NCBI GenBank assembly: GCA_964016885.1
Contig: OZ024752.1
Coordinates: 21,204,001-21,268,000 of the forward strand
Origin: Eledone cirrhosa
Lineage: Eukaryota
Direction: 5' to 3'
DNA length: 64,000 bases
Shown: in pieces, positions 1 through 12,280 of the stretch
Position numbering within the stretch: position 1 is the stretch's first letter
Layout: every line of letters begins with the position of its first letter
Position numbers and translations under genes: made by a program
Notes under the pieces: generated by a model
The model's database searches: none
Seen by the model: only the letters and a program-made list of their open reading frames with translations
What the model was told of the DNA's origin: nothing

Positions 1-960
1 TGTTTTTGTATTCTATCTTTGTTCACTAGTGTCTATTTATATGTGTTCGTTGTTATTGTACTTGTGTACATATTTATTTATTTACTTATTTATTTATTTA
101 ATTTCCCTTACGTCAGTATTGTTTGTTTGGATATGGTTGTTGTTATTCCATTCGCTTTTTCTGTTTATCTTCGGTCTTCTTAGTTCTATCTCATTTGCTC
201 CTCTGATTTGCCAACCTGTTGAATCATTTCTATGCTAGATATTATTTTAATTTCTATGTTGTCTATATTAACGTCATGTCTTTGTCAAGCGTTTTCGTAT
301 AGTACTAAACCGCTTTTTTTTTTTCCTTTTAGTTCCCCCCAGTGTTGGTTTATTCTTTCTCCTTGGGGGTTCATTTCACATATAACACATTTCTTATTTG
401 TACAGTGAGTTTTCTTAAAGGGGTATGTCTTGCTGATAAGGGATTTTATGGTAGTTCCTGGCCTTTCTACAACTTTAATCTTTAAATGGGTCTTTCTTAG
501 GGCCTTTCTACATTGGTTAGCTAATTACTCTTCAGGGGTAGCATCCACAAACATGACACTCTGTTATCTCTGGTTGTTGTACCATGAAGTGGCTTTCCCT
601 ATCTTATGTTTAGTCTTATCTAAGCTATTCCATGATTTGCTCTTGTATAATGGGCAAATTCCTTTCATGTCCATTTCTATGAGGGTCTTATATTTCTCAG
701 TGGCTCCTTTGTATACTCTGATTCTGTCTCATTGGTTGTAGCCAGAGAACTGCATGCGGTTGATGAAGTGTTGGATGTGTCTTTCCATTTCAGTTGGGTC
801 ACATATGCGCGACACATTGATTGCCAAATAAATTAATTGTGGAGATATAAAAGATATAGAAGCGAAAACGAACCAAACAGTGAGTGTGTTATGTTATTAT
901 TTCTGACAATATTATAACAATATAACCCTTCCCAAGTATAACAATATATATATATTTATG
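1..960 (-). mobile_element. Penelope-like element fragment (Neptune-like RT C-terminus/linker, internally deleted GIY-YIG, pLTR pieces)
   Basis: Minus-strand translation gives ...FINRMQFSGY...VMFVDATP...IKVVERPG...HCTNKKCVICEMNPQ/GERINQHWGELK with stops. Homologous to 6120-7550. Confidence 0.75.
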
Positions 961-971
961 AGTCATCTTCC

Positions 972-1015
<44 letters not shown>

Positions 1016-1134
1016 AACATACATATGTCTACTTTCTTTATTTCAATAGAAAATCTGAACTCTGACACCCCAGCGAACTGGCCATATTCACTGAACCAGA
1101 ACAATTCTCCCATCCCATTTCACCTGACCATTCT

Positions 1135-1700
1135 TTTGCTTGTCATAAAATTCTCTAAATGGCTACAAAATAAATTCCCAAATACGGGCGCGGAACTTGT
1201 TCACGTGACAGTCATAATTTCATTTTTAACCAATCAAATTACACTTAAAAAAAAAAGCCTTCGTGAGCCACTTTTTATTGTCATAAAATTCTCTAAAAGG
1301 CTACAAAACAAATTCCCAAATGCGGGCGCAACATTTAATGAACTTGTTCACGTGACCGCCATATTTTTATTTATAACCAATGAAATTACTTTTAAAAAAA
1401 AAAGCCTTCGTGAGCCCCCTTTTTTAAAGTAAAAAGTAATTCAAACACTCATATATGAAAAAACAACCTGAGGACCCCCCCACCTTGTTTGAAGAACTTT
1501 GTAACGTGAACTGGCGCGAAATTTATTATAGCTATTGACCAACCAATCAAATTACTTCTCTAAAAACCTGGCGTATCGAGCTGCTTTTTTCCATATAAAA
1601 CAAGTAACATTCGAAGACCAACCAGATGTGAGAAAAACCACAGATCCTCCATCTCAACTCTAGTTTTGAAAAGCAGAAGAACTGCGAAACCGGTAAAGGA
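1135..1700. repeat. Unclassified repeat with ~140 bp sub-repeats carrying GGCGCG(AAA), CACGTG and AACCAAT motifs; reverse copy at 11530-11730
   Basis: Near-duplicated blocks starting gtcataaaattctctaaa at ~1142 and ~1281. Reverse-complement homology at 11530-11730. Confidence 0.6.
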
Positions 1701-1767
1701 ACCAAATAGATATATATTTAAAAAAAATAAGACTCCAGTAGCATTTTCGATTTCATCTTTTTTTCTT

Positions 1768-2226
1768 TATATATATATATGTATATGTGTATATATATGT
1801 ATATATATGTATATATAAATATATATGTATATGTATATATATACAGGTATATATATATATATGTATATGTATATATATATATGTACATATATATATATAT
1901 GTATATATATGTATATATGTATATGTGTAAATGTATATATATATATATATATGTATATATATGTTTATGTATATATATAATATATATATAGAGAGAGAGA
2001 TATGTACATGTATAAGTATATATATATGTATATGTATATAAGTATATATATATGTATATGTATATGTTTGTATATATGTATATGTATATATGTATATATA
2101 TATATATGTATACATATATATATATGTGTGTATATGTATACATATATATATATGTATACATATATATATATATGTTTATATGTATACATATATATATATA
2201 CATATATATATATGTATATATATATA
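1768..2226. repeat. Compound (TA)n/(TATG)n microsatellite; similar tracts at ~4510, 5088, 5730, 7590, 8848, 11755-12280, 31875, 33680, 46380, 47895, 51215-51785, 54700, 58660
   Basis: Directly visible. Source of the YIYI pseudo-ORFs. Confidence 0.95.
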
Positions 2227-2254
2227 GGTCCTTGTAAGTAGACGAGAAAACAAC

Positions 2255-3256
2255 CCAGATCCCTCAGGGAAACGGCCTTGCTCAGTGTGAGGAAGTCCAT
2301 CCTCTGCCCCAAATGAAAACAATGGGATGTAGTGGGATCTCAGGAAGCTTAACTAAGAATGTAGGCTTCACATATAGCAGCTGTACTGAGACAGCAACAC
2401 GAAACAAGTACCACGAAACTCTGGGAGGGCTCTGTAGAAACAGTAGACAGTTTCTGCTACCTAGGTGACCGAATTAGCGGCGGAGGTGGGTGTTCGGAAA
2501 GTACAATAACTAGGGTAAGAACGGGATGGAAGAAGTTCAGGGAGCTACTACCACTGCTGGCTACAAAAGGCTTTTCCCTCAAAATGAAAGGCAGACTGTA
2601 TGATGCGTGTATCCGAACAGTAATGTTACATGGTAGTGAGAGATGGGCGCTGTCTGTAGAAGACTTGCGCAGATTAGAAAGAAACGACCCTGCATGCTCC
2701 GACGGATGTGTAATAGTAATATATGCGAATGGCAAAGCATAAACGAATTGAGAGAGAGACTGAGCATAAGAGGAATCAAATGATGTGTGCAGGAGAGGAG
2801 GTTGCGTTGGTATGGACATGTGATGCATATGAAGGATGATGACAGTTGCATAAAAAGGTGGGGAAACCCAAGAAGACCTGGGATGAGGCGATAAAAGCCG
2901 ACCTTACCCAATTACACCTCTCAAAGGCGATGACACACGACCGTGACTGCTTGCGTCACGCAGTAATACAGAAAACCCGACCCCCCGATGGGTACAAGCC
3001 AAAACTGAAGCATATAGACAATATCCCCCCCCCACCACCACCCTCCCACTGCAAAGTGGTCATGGAGGTGCCACGGCAAAAAAGCACCCAGACCACAGTG
3101 TAAATGAGGGTGGTGTTAGGAAGGACATCCAGCTGTAGAAATCAAGCCATAATCAGTTCACGTATGAGCAAGACATGGTCAGCCGACCAGTCACTGCCCA
3201 CAACAGGACAACCCGTGCTAAATTGGAAGAACGGACGTAAAACGGTGATGTTGATG
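2255..3256 (+). mobile_element. RTE LINE (PHD-finger family) 3' fragment, degenerate
   Basis: YLGDRISGGGGCSES..., LRWYGHVM and GKPRKTW motifs. Family 3' UTR ending ggacgtaaaacggtgatgttgatg. Confidence 0.85.
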
Positions 3257-3257
3257 A

Positions 3258-3852
3258 TATATATCGTCAGCAACGTATACCTTCCTGCCAGATTGTTGAA
3301 CGTCCGAAAGTATATACTTTCCTTATGCATATTAACGGCTGAGTATCCCAATTTGCATATCGAGTGGGTTAATCGGCCGGGTGCACCGAAAACGATGAAC
3401 GGAAAAAATGTAACGAAATTTCATTTCCCAGTCTTAGTACGGCTGTTACTTAAATATAAGTATGTACATGTACATACATATATGTATACAGACGTACAGT
3501 AGTATGTATATATATATATATACATGCACACATATATATATGTACGTATGGCAGGAAGGTATACGTTGCTGACGATAGCTAACAAGCTTGAAACTAGTAC
3601 AGCGTTCCTTTGTCAGTGTTGAACTAGACACTGCTGCTTTATGCGGGATGTTTGTTTACAAACACACCGAGCATTATAATAAATGTTTGGTGAATCCATA
3701 CGTACATATATATATATATGTGCATGTATGTATATATATATACATACTACTGTACGTCTGTATACATATATGTATGTACGTGTACATACTTATATTTAAG
3801 TAACAGCCGTACTAAGAGTGGGAAATGAAATTTCGTTTCATTTTTTCCGTTT
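3258..3852 (+). mobile_element. Non-coding hammerhead-bearing repeat (retrozyme-like family A), fold-back arrangement
   Basis: 3697-3852 is the reverse complement of ~3405-3551, and 3258-3290 is the reverse complement of 3549-3578. Hammerhead at 3564-3604. Second copy at 33190-33682. Confidence 0.75.
3564..3604 (+). ncRNA. Minimal type I hammerhead ribozyme
   Basis: cgttg CTGACGA t agct-aaca-agct t GAAA ctag TA cagcg. Stem I cgttg/cagcg, palindromic stem III. Confidence 0.8.
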
Positions 3853-3899
3853 ATATATATATATATGTATATGTGTATATATACGTATATGTATGCAAC

Positions 3900-4144
3900 T
3901 GTCATCATCCTTCACAGAGGAGACTGAGGTTAGCTGGACATGCTCACCGACATCCAGAGTTGACATTGCACTCAGTGCTCTTGTGGGAGCCCCTACATGG
4001 ACACACTGGAAGAGGAAGACTAAGGTTAACGTATGTTGATGTCCTAAGGTCTGTTGGAAGTGCAGGACATGGCAGCGATAATGAGGGACAGAGACCGCTG
4101 GAAAGAACTCGTCCATGGTTCTCGGGAATTTTACCCGCCCTAGA
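3900..4144 (+). mobile_element. RTE-like LINE 3' end (same family as 35610-37110 and 29950-30208)
   Basis: QRRLRLAGHAHRHPELTLHSVLLWEPLHGHTGRGR. Ends ccgccctaga followed by (TA)n. Confidence 0.8.
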
Positions 4145-4189
4145 TATATATATATATGTATATATATATGAATATGTATATCATTATCA

Positions 4190-4505
4190 TCACCATCATT
4201 TTATGTCCGCTTTTCCCTGCTTGCAAGGGTGGGACGAGAACTGATTCTGGCTTGATTTCTACAGCTGAATGCCCTTCCTAACACCAACCTTATTTACAGT
4301 GAGTGCTGGGTACTTTTTTGCCGTGGCACCACCACGACCACTTTGCAGTGGAATGATATGGACCACAGTCCCTATCATCTCATTTCTACAGTGTGAAATA
4401 AAGTGTCTTCCTCAATGAAACAACACATCACCCGGTCTGAGAATTGAACTCACAACCTTTCGATTGCAAGGCCAATGTTCTAACCACTAAGCCATGTGCC
4501 TCCAT
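4190..4505 (-). mobile_element. tRNA-derived SINE with RTE-type tail; other copies 38535-38866 (-), 32932-33190 (+, partial)
   Basis: Reverse complement starts ggaggcacatggcttagtggttag (A box) with gagttcaattctc (B box). Tail shared with the PHD-RTE 3' UTR. Confidence 0.8.
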
Positions 4506-4556
4506 ATAAATATGTATATATGTATAGATATACATGTATACGTACATATGTACATG

Positions 4557-4591
<35 letters not shown>

Positions 4592-4632
4592 GTATATATG
4601 TATATTTATATATATGTATATATATATATATA

Positions 4633-4665
<33 letters not shown>

Positions 4666-4679
4666 TATATATATGTCCG

Positions 4680-5228
<549 letters not shown>

Positions 5229-5389
5229 GAGAGAGAGAGAGATTTTGAGTTTATGTTGGTTGTATACCAACACCTCAGTATGCAGACTGGAGCACACGAC
5301 GAAGTGCGCAGGTTGGTTTGGTTACTCCGGAGTAGTGTAAAATAAAGTTAAATAAAAAGTCAAGTGATTAAAATTTAGCTTCGTTTATT

Positions 5390-5444
5390 ACTGCTATATA
5401 TATTTCAGTGACAGCCATCTTTGGCTGTGACCTCTTCAGGCAGT
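5390..5444 (-). ncRNA. Type I hammerhead ribozyme in a Penelope pLTR-like fragment
   Basis: Minus strand: actgc CTGAAGA g gtcacagcca-aaga-tggctgtcac t GAAA tatata TA gcagt. Confidence 0.75.
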
Positions 5445-5775
5445 TTGAATTAGTATGGTATAGACAAGTACATATGTTGTTGAGGTGTATAATATTGTCA
5501 ATACTCTGATATGCCCAGTTCCTGGTTGGGTTGTTATTTCACTGAGGAACTGGAATCATATGAATTCAAACAAACGAATTTCAGTGTCAAAGGTCCTCTT
5601 CTCCTCTCATTGGTCAGTTATTAGAACATTCCTCATTCTAAGTGTTGTTATTGTTGGAGTTAGCTTAAAAAATTGATAAAATGGTAGAAGGGACAAGGTG
5701 TTAAAGGAACAAAATAACAAAAAAAAAAAATATATATATATATATGTATATGTATGTGTATATATATATATATAC

Positions 5776-5837
<62 letters not shown>

Positions 5838-5842
5838 GTATT

Positions 5843-5932
<90 letters not shown>

Positions 5933-6119
5933 TATGTATATGTATGTGTATATATATATATTTATTAAAATAACAGATTAAAGTTTAAGCAAAGAATCTT
6001 TGCTTAAACTTTAATCTGCTATTTTAATTAATATTTACTCTAGGGTTCTTATATATTTGATACATAATTATCCCTATCGAGCCCTCTTTGGATTTTAGTC
6101 TTCACATTTATTATTAATA

Positions 6120-7550
6120 GTAATATATATATATCTATCTATATGTGTGTTGTTATACTTGGAGAGTGTCATATTTTTATAATATTGCCAGAAATAATAA
6201 CAGAACACACTCAGTGTCTGATTTGGGTTGGTTTTCGCTTCTGTATCTTTTGTATCTGCATAATTGATTTATTTGGCAATCAACGTTTATCATTGATTGA
6301 CCAGCGGTTAAAAATACAGATATAAATATATATATAGTCTATGAAAGTTCTTTCGTCGCACAACTGCGATATCATCAGTGGTACTATTATGTTTCCTCTC
6401 ATTGTATTGTAATGTCTACGCCATTTTTATTTAATTAATTAATTTATTTCTTCTTGCCTCCGTCTCTGCACATGCGTTTGCGTGTGTGTATTATGTTTGG
6501 TGTGTGTGTTTTTGTTTTTGCTTGTGTTTGTTGTTTTTGTATTCTATCTTTGTTCAATAGTGTGTGTTTATATGTGTTTGTTGTTATTTTACTTGTGTAC
6601 ATATTTATTTATATTTCCCTTAAGTCAGTATTAAGAAAACCCACTGTACTAATAAGAAATGTATTATATGTAAAGTGAACCCCCAGATAAACTGTAAAAC
6701 TAGAAATGTAGTCTATAGCATAAGATGTACAGAGGGTACTTGCAGAAACATGACAAAGACATACATAGGCGAGACAGCTTGTAGCATAGGTGAAAGGATA
6801 GACCAACACTGGGGGGAACTAAAAGGACAAAAAAACGGTTCAGTACTATACGAACACGCCAGACAAAGACATGATGGTAATATAGACAACATAGAAATTA
6901 AAATAATATCTAAACATAGAAATGATTCAACAGGTAGGCAAATCAGAGAAGCAACTGAAATAGAACTAAGGAGACCAAAGTTAAACAGAAAAGATGGAAT
7001 AACAACAACCATACCCAAACAAACAATACTGACTTATGGGAAATATAAATAAATAAATAAATAAATATATACACAAGTACAATAACAACAAACACATATA
7101 AACACACACTAGTAAACAAAGATAGAATACAAAAACCAAGACACATACCCCCAAACGCGAACACACACGCACAGAGACAGAGACAAGAAGAAATAAATAA
7201 ATAAATGAAATAAAAATGTCATAGACATTACAATACAACAGGAGGAATCATAATAATACCACTGATGATGTTGCAGATGTGCATCGAAAGAATTTCGTTA
7301 AACTATATATATATCGTCGTGGTCGAAGTATATTTTTTTCAAGGGCAGTGCCCCAGCATGGCCTCAGCCGGATGGCTGGAGAGGTAAAAGAGTATATATA
7401 TTTATATCTGTATTTTTCACCGTTGGTCAGTCAGTGATAAACATTGATGGCCAAATGAATTAACTATGGAGATATAAAAGATACAGAAGCAAAAAACCAA
7501 CCAAACAGTGAGTGTGTTCTGTTATTATTTCTGGCAATATTATAACAATA
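6120..7550 (+). mobile_element. Penelope-like element: GIY-YIG endonuclease (6640-7050) flanked by inverted pLTRs, each with a hammerhead-like motif (~6334-6388 minus, ~7252-7306 plus)
   Basis: CKTRNVVYSIRC...[17 protein letters not shown]...RQIREA...LNRK. 6120-6630 is the reverse complement of ~7027-7550. CTGATGA-stem-GAAA motifs have a weak stem I. Confidence 0.85.
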
Positions 7551-7587
7551 TTTGTTTTGACATGATTTCATATCAAAAACCTTACAA

Positions 7588-7648
<61 letters not shown>

Positions 7649-7759
7649 GTGGTTACACAACAGTAACCAATACTAACTGTTGTGTAACCACTTCTATCTA
7701 ACTCGTTCCTTGGACTGAGTGCTCTACCACTACGGATATTACCTTCCAGTGTTCCACCG

Positions 7760-7813
<54 letters not shown>

Positions 7814-7819
<6 letters not shown>

Positions 7820-8737
7820 AGATTTGAATGGATACAGTTTAGTTGAAAGGAATTTATTGACACGTGTTTCTATAACAGTTACATAACCTAAAACAGCTGC
7901 TATCTACAAACTTTTAGTTATGCAGACATTCAATATTTCAATGTTATTATTTACTGTCATTTCATCAGAATAATATTACTGAGGACCTATTTAGTTTTTA
8001 TAGAGAATATTAGGAGGGAGGGGTGAAGTTGTTAGAAGAAGTTGTATGTGTGTACACATGGACTAGAGTATGTATGTATATATGTGTGTGTCTATACGTG
8101 TGTATATAAAGATAAGTTGAGTATGAAAATGTATACACATGAGCGCGTATGTATGTACATGAATACATGTGTGTATATATATGTGTATGCATGTGTATAT
8201 ATATGTAAGTATGAATATGTGAATTGTGAGTATATGTATTTTGTAGAGGTGTGCAAATATATTTGTTTGTGAATGCGTGGGTGAAAGGATACGTACACTT
8301 GAAAGAAAAATTTAAGTCTGAATGTTAATTAAGTGCAAACACAAAACCAACCACGCATATCTTTACTATCTCTACTATCTCTAATCCTTCTATAGATTTA
8401 GAAAAATAACCAATAATATATTCTATAAAAAATGTCAAAACAGATGGGAATCTAATTACTCACTGCCACCAAGAATTCTCACTGCTATCGAAAAACCACT
8501 CCTTCAACTATTCTTCTAACAACTTCACCCCTCCCTCCTAATATTCTCTATAAAAACTAAATAGGTCCTCAGTAATATTATTCTGATGAAATGACAGTAA
8601 ATAATAACATTGAAATATTGAATGTCTGCATAACTAAAAGTTTGTAGATAGCAGCTGTTTTAGGTTATGTAACTGTTATAGAAACACGTGTCAATAAATT
8701 CCTTTCAACTAAACTGTATCCATTCAAATCTTTCTAT
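7814..8737. repeat. Fold-back: ~227 bp perfect inverted arms (7814-8040 / 8511-8737)
   Basis: Direct reverse-complement match next to (TA)n. Confidence 0.9.
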
Positions 8738-8844
8738 TTTTCTCCGGATTACTTTTGGAACTACAACTGGAACCGTCGAGCAAGCTCTACGTGAGCTGAT
8801 AATCTACTGTGTGTAATATTTATATTACAACACAACGGAAAATA

Positions 8845-8906
<62 letters not shown>

Positions 8907-8917
8907 GTATGTATCTG

Positions 8918-8950
<33 letters not shown>

Positions 8951-9544
8951 ATGTTTATATGTATATATGTGTATATATATATATTTGTGTGTATATGTAT
9001 ATATGTGTATATCTATATATATATGTGCGTGTGTATATATATATATATATGTATATATATATCTGTGTATATATGTGTATATATATAAAAGCTTCATGGC
9101 ACAGGCATATATAAACCGTTTTTTTGTCCTTTTAGTTCCCCCCAGTGTTGGTCTATTCTTTCACCTATGCTTCGAGCTATCTCACCTATGTATGTCGTTG
9201 TCATGTTTCTGCAAGTATATATATATATCTGTGTATATATATATACATATGTATGTATATATATATGTATATATATATACATATGTATGTATATATATAT
9301 GTATATATATATATACATATGTATGTATATATATATATATATATTTCGTTTCTGAATTTGTTTAGCAAGATTCTTTATCTGAAATCGTGTGTTGAAACCG
9401 ATATTGTTATACTTTGGGAGGGTCATGTTGCCAATAAGAAACACACGCACCAGTTGCTTTCACTTCAATTTATTATATATTTATAAATTTACAAATTTAT
9501 AAATTTCTGGTTGGTTGGTTGGTTCCACAACCAGATAGTTGTTT

Positions 9545-10120
9545 ATATATAGTCATAGTCCTTTCGTCACACACTCTGTGACCTCTTCAGTGACTGGGGA
9601 TTCCTTTCTTTGTTTCTGTGCCTCTCCTTTGTTCTGTCCTACGCTATTTTGTTTCTGTGTGTGTGTTGTGTGCTCAGTTTGCGCATGCGCCACATCCGGG
9701 TGTCTGTGTGTGTTTATGTTCATTTATCTATTTGTTTATTTATTTATTTATTTACATGTTATTGGTTGGTTGTTTGTTCTATGTGTGTGTGTGTTTTCAT
9801 TTTGTCCTTAATTGTAAGTTGTGATGTTGCTGTTCCACTCATATTTTCTATTTAATTTTGGTTGTAATTCTTTTATGTTTATTGCCTCTGTAATTTGTCT
9901 AAACATTGCATCTTTTCTGCGTGTAGATTCTATTTTTATTTCTATGTTCTCTAATTTACCCTTGTGTTCTATCTTAGCATGTTGGTAGAGTACAGATGAT
10001 TCTTTATTATCTTGAAGGTCTCGCCAGTGTTCATTTATCCGTTCCCCTATACTACGAGCTGTCTCACCTATGTACACTATATTTTTGTTTCTACATTGTC
10101 CTTCAGTACATCTTTTTCCA
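9545..10120 (-). mobile_element. Penelope-like element 3' part (GIY-YIG plus pLTR)
   Basis: RCTEGQC...[18 protein letters not shown]...RQITEA...LNRKYEW, followed by a UTR with a hammerhead. Confidence 0.85.
9551..9595 (-). ncRNA. Minimal type I hammerhead ribozyme
   Basis: Minus strand: agtca CTGAAGA g gtcaca-gagtg-tgtgac GAAA ggac TA tgact. Confidence 0.85.
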
Positions 10121-10140
10121 TATATATATATATATATAGT

Positions 10141-10466
10141 GAAGGCGCATGGCTTAGTGGTTAGAGCATTCGGCTTGCAATTGAGAGGTTGTGAGTTCGT
10201 TTCTCGGACCGGGTGATGCGTTGTGTCCTTGAGCAAGACACTTTATTTCACGTTGCTCCAGTTTACTCAGCTGTAGAAATGAGTTGCGACGCCACTGGTG
10301 CCAAGCTGTATCGGCCATTGCCTTTCCCTTGGACAACATCGGTGGAAAGGGGAGACTGGTATGCATGGGTGACTGCTGGTCTTCCACAAAAACAAACCTT
10401 ACCCAGGCTTGTGCCTCAGGTGCAAAACCATGGTCATTCGTGACCGAGTGGGGAAAAAGAAGAGAA

Positions 10467-10468
<2 letters not shown>
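10141..10468 (+). mobile_element. tRNA-derived SINE
   Basis: A box tggcttagtgg, B box gagttcgtttc, then a gtgtccttgagcaagacac core. Flanked by (TA)n. Confidence 0.8.
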
Positions 10469-10531
<63 letters not shown>

Positions 10532-10544
10532 CGTGTGTGTGTTG

Positions 10545-10578
<34 letters not shown>

Positions 10579-10679
10579 TATATGCAGTTTTTCCACGATT
10601 AGGTCTGTTGGCGGCCCAGTTCCAAAATACCTTATTCCGTGCAACGCCAGGTACCATAGATATAAAACACACGTATTAA

Positions 10680-11525
10680 TTTGTTTACATTTCTAATATG
10701 AGTTACGAAGGATGCTGATTTTACCTTTTAAATATATATTTAAGAAAAAGACGTAGTTCAAATTATAAGAGAAGAACAATTTATAGATTCAAATAGTTTC
10801 ATCAAAAATTGAAAATATTTACAGAACATTATTAAATTAGCAAAATTACATAGAATTTAACATACAATTTATGCCTATGTTTTCTCAATTGTAAAGGAAA
10901 AGATAACTCCAATATTATTTGTTAAACTATTAATATTAGATTTGATGAATAATTTTCTTAGAAAATGCGGAAAGTATGTAGAGAAAATTATATATTATTT
11001 TGTGTGAGATTATAAGGTATTTTCGATTACATGTTTTCAAGGGTGAGAATTTCAATTATATATGTACTTGGATATTATCTACGTCGAAAGATGTGTGAAA
11101 AGTTTGAAAATTAAAGAGAGAAAAAATATATTATTAGATAAGTCAAGAGTGCATTTAGAAGAACTATCGTAAAGAGGATATCTTTCAGAATATCGATTAA
11201 AAAGTATCAATCTAAAAAAATAGATTAAGAAGAGTATCATTAGTAAAAGAATATCATTGGTAAAAATATTAAATTTAAGAAGAAAAAGATCATTTAAAAA
11301 TTATTTTTTAAATAAAAAAAAACCCTCAGTAAACAACAGAAGCATTTTAAAGATGTATAAGATGTAGTCAAGTGTAATGAATATTATAGATTAAAAATAC
11401 TTCGGAAAGTGGATCTTTGGCGATGTCTGCAAGAACTTAACTAACTTAACTGAACTAACTTAACTAACTTAAAAAGCGAATTCGCTTTTTAAGTTAATAG
11501 AATATTGACAGATTGTTTTTTCATA
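10680..11525 (-). mobile_element. Naiad-type Penelope 3' end/pLTR fragment, homologous to 50270-50960
   Basis: Minus strand encodes CQYSINLK...SCRHRQRSTFRSIFNL*, matching ORF 50863-51084. The downstream AT-rich UTR aligns. Confidence 0.75.
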
Positions 11526-11826
11526 TATGAGTGAAATTTGGTTGGTTGGTGCAGTCACGTGAATAAGCACATCAGCTTTCTCATCAGTTCGTGTTTGAGG
11601 GTTCTTTTCACTTAAAATAGTGGCTCAAAAAAGTTTTTTTATAAATATAATTTGATTGGTTATGACTGTCACGTGAATAAGTACATTAAATTTCGCGCCC
11701 ATATTTGGGAATTCTTTGTAGCCATTTACAAAATGTTGTGCCAATATACATATATTTTATATATATATATATATTGGCACAATTTATATATATATATATT
11801 TATATATATGTATATATATAAATATA

Positions 11827-11926
<100 letters not shown>

Positions 11927-11977
11927 CACAATTTATATATATATATATATTTATATATATGTATATATATAAATATA

Positions 11978-12044
<67 letters not shown>

Positions 12045-12125
12045 TTATATATATATGTATATATATATGTATGTATATATATATGTATATGTATATATGT
12101 ATGTATGTATATATATATGTATATG

Positions 12126-12176
<51 letters not shown>

Positions 12177-12177
12177 G

Positions 12178-12228
<51 letters not shown>

Positions 12229-12280
12229 GTATGTATATATATATGTATATATATGTATGTATATATATATATATATATAC

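Noticed and set aside
1718-2312. Numerous Y/I-rich ORFs here and at other TA tracts
   Set aside because: Translations of (TA)n/(TATG)n microsatellites, which lack stop codons.
8790-8850. Hammerhead-like CTGATAA...hairpin...GAAAATAC (similar weak case at ~30565-30610)
   Set aside because: Core is mutated and stem I cannot be completed; too degenerate to call.
10141-10215. tRNA gene
   Set aside because: The tRNA-like head continues into a SINE body and has multiple diverged copies; no proper acceptor stem or terminator.
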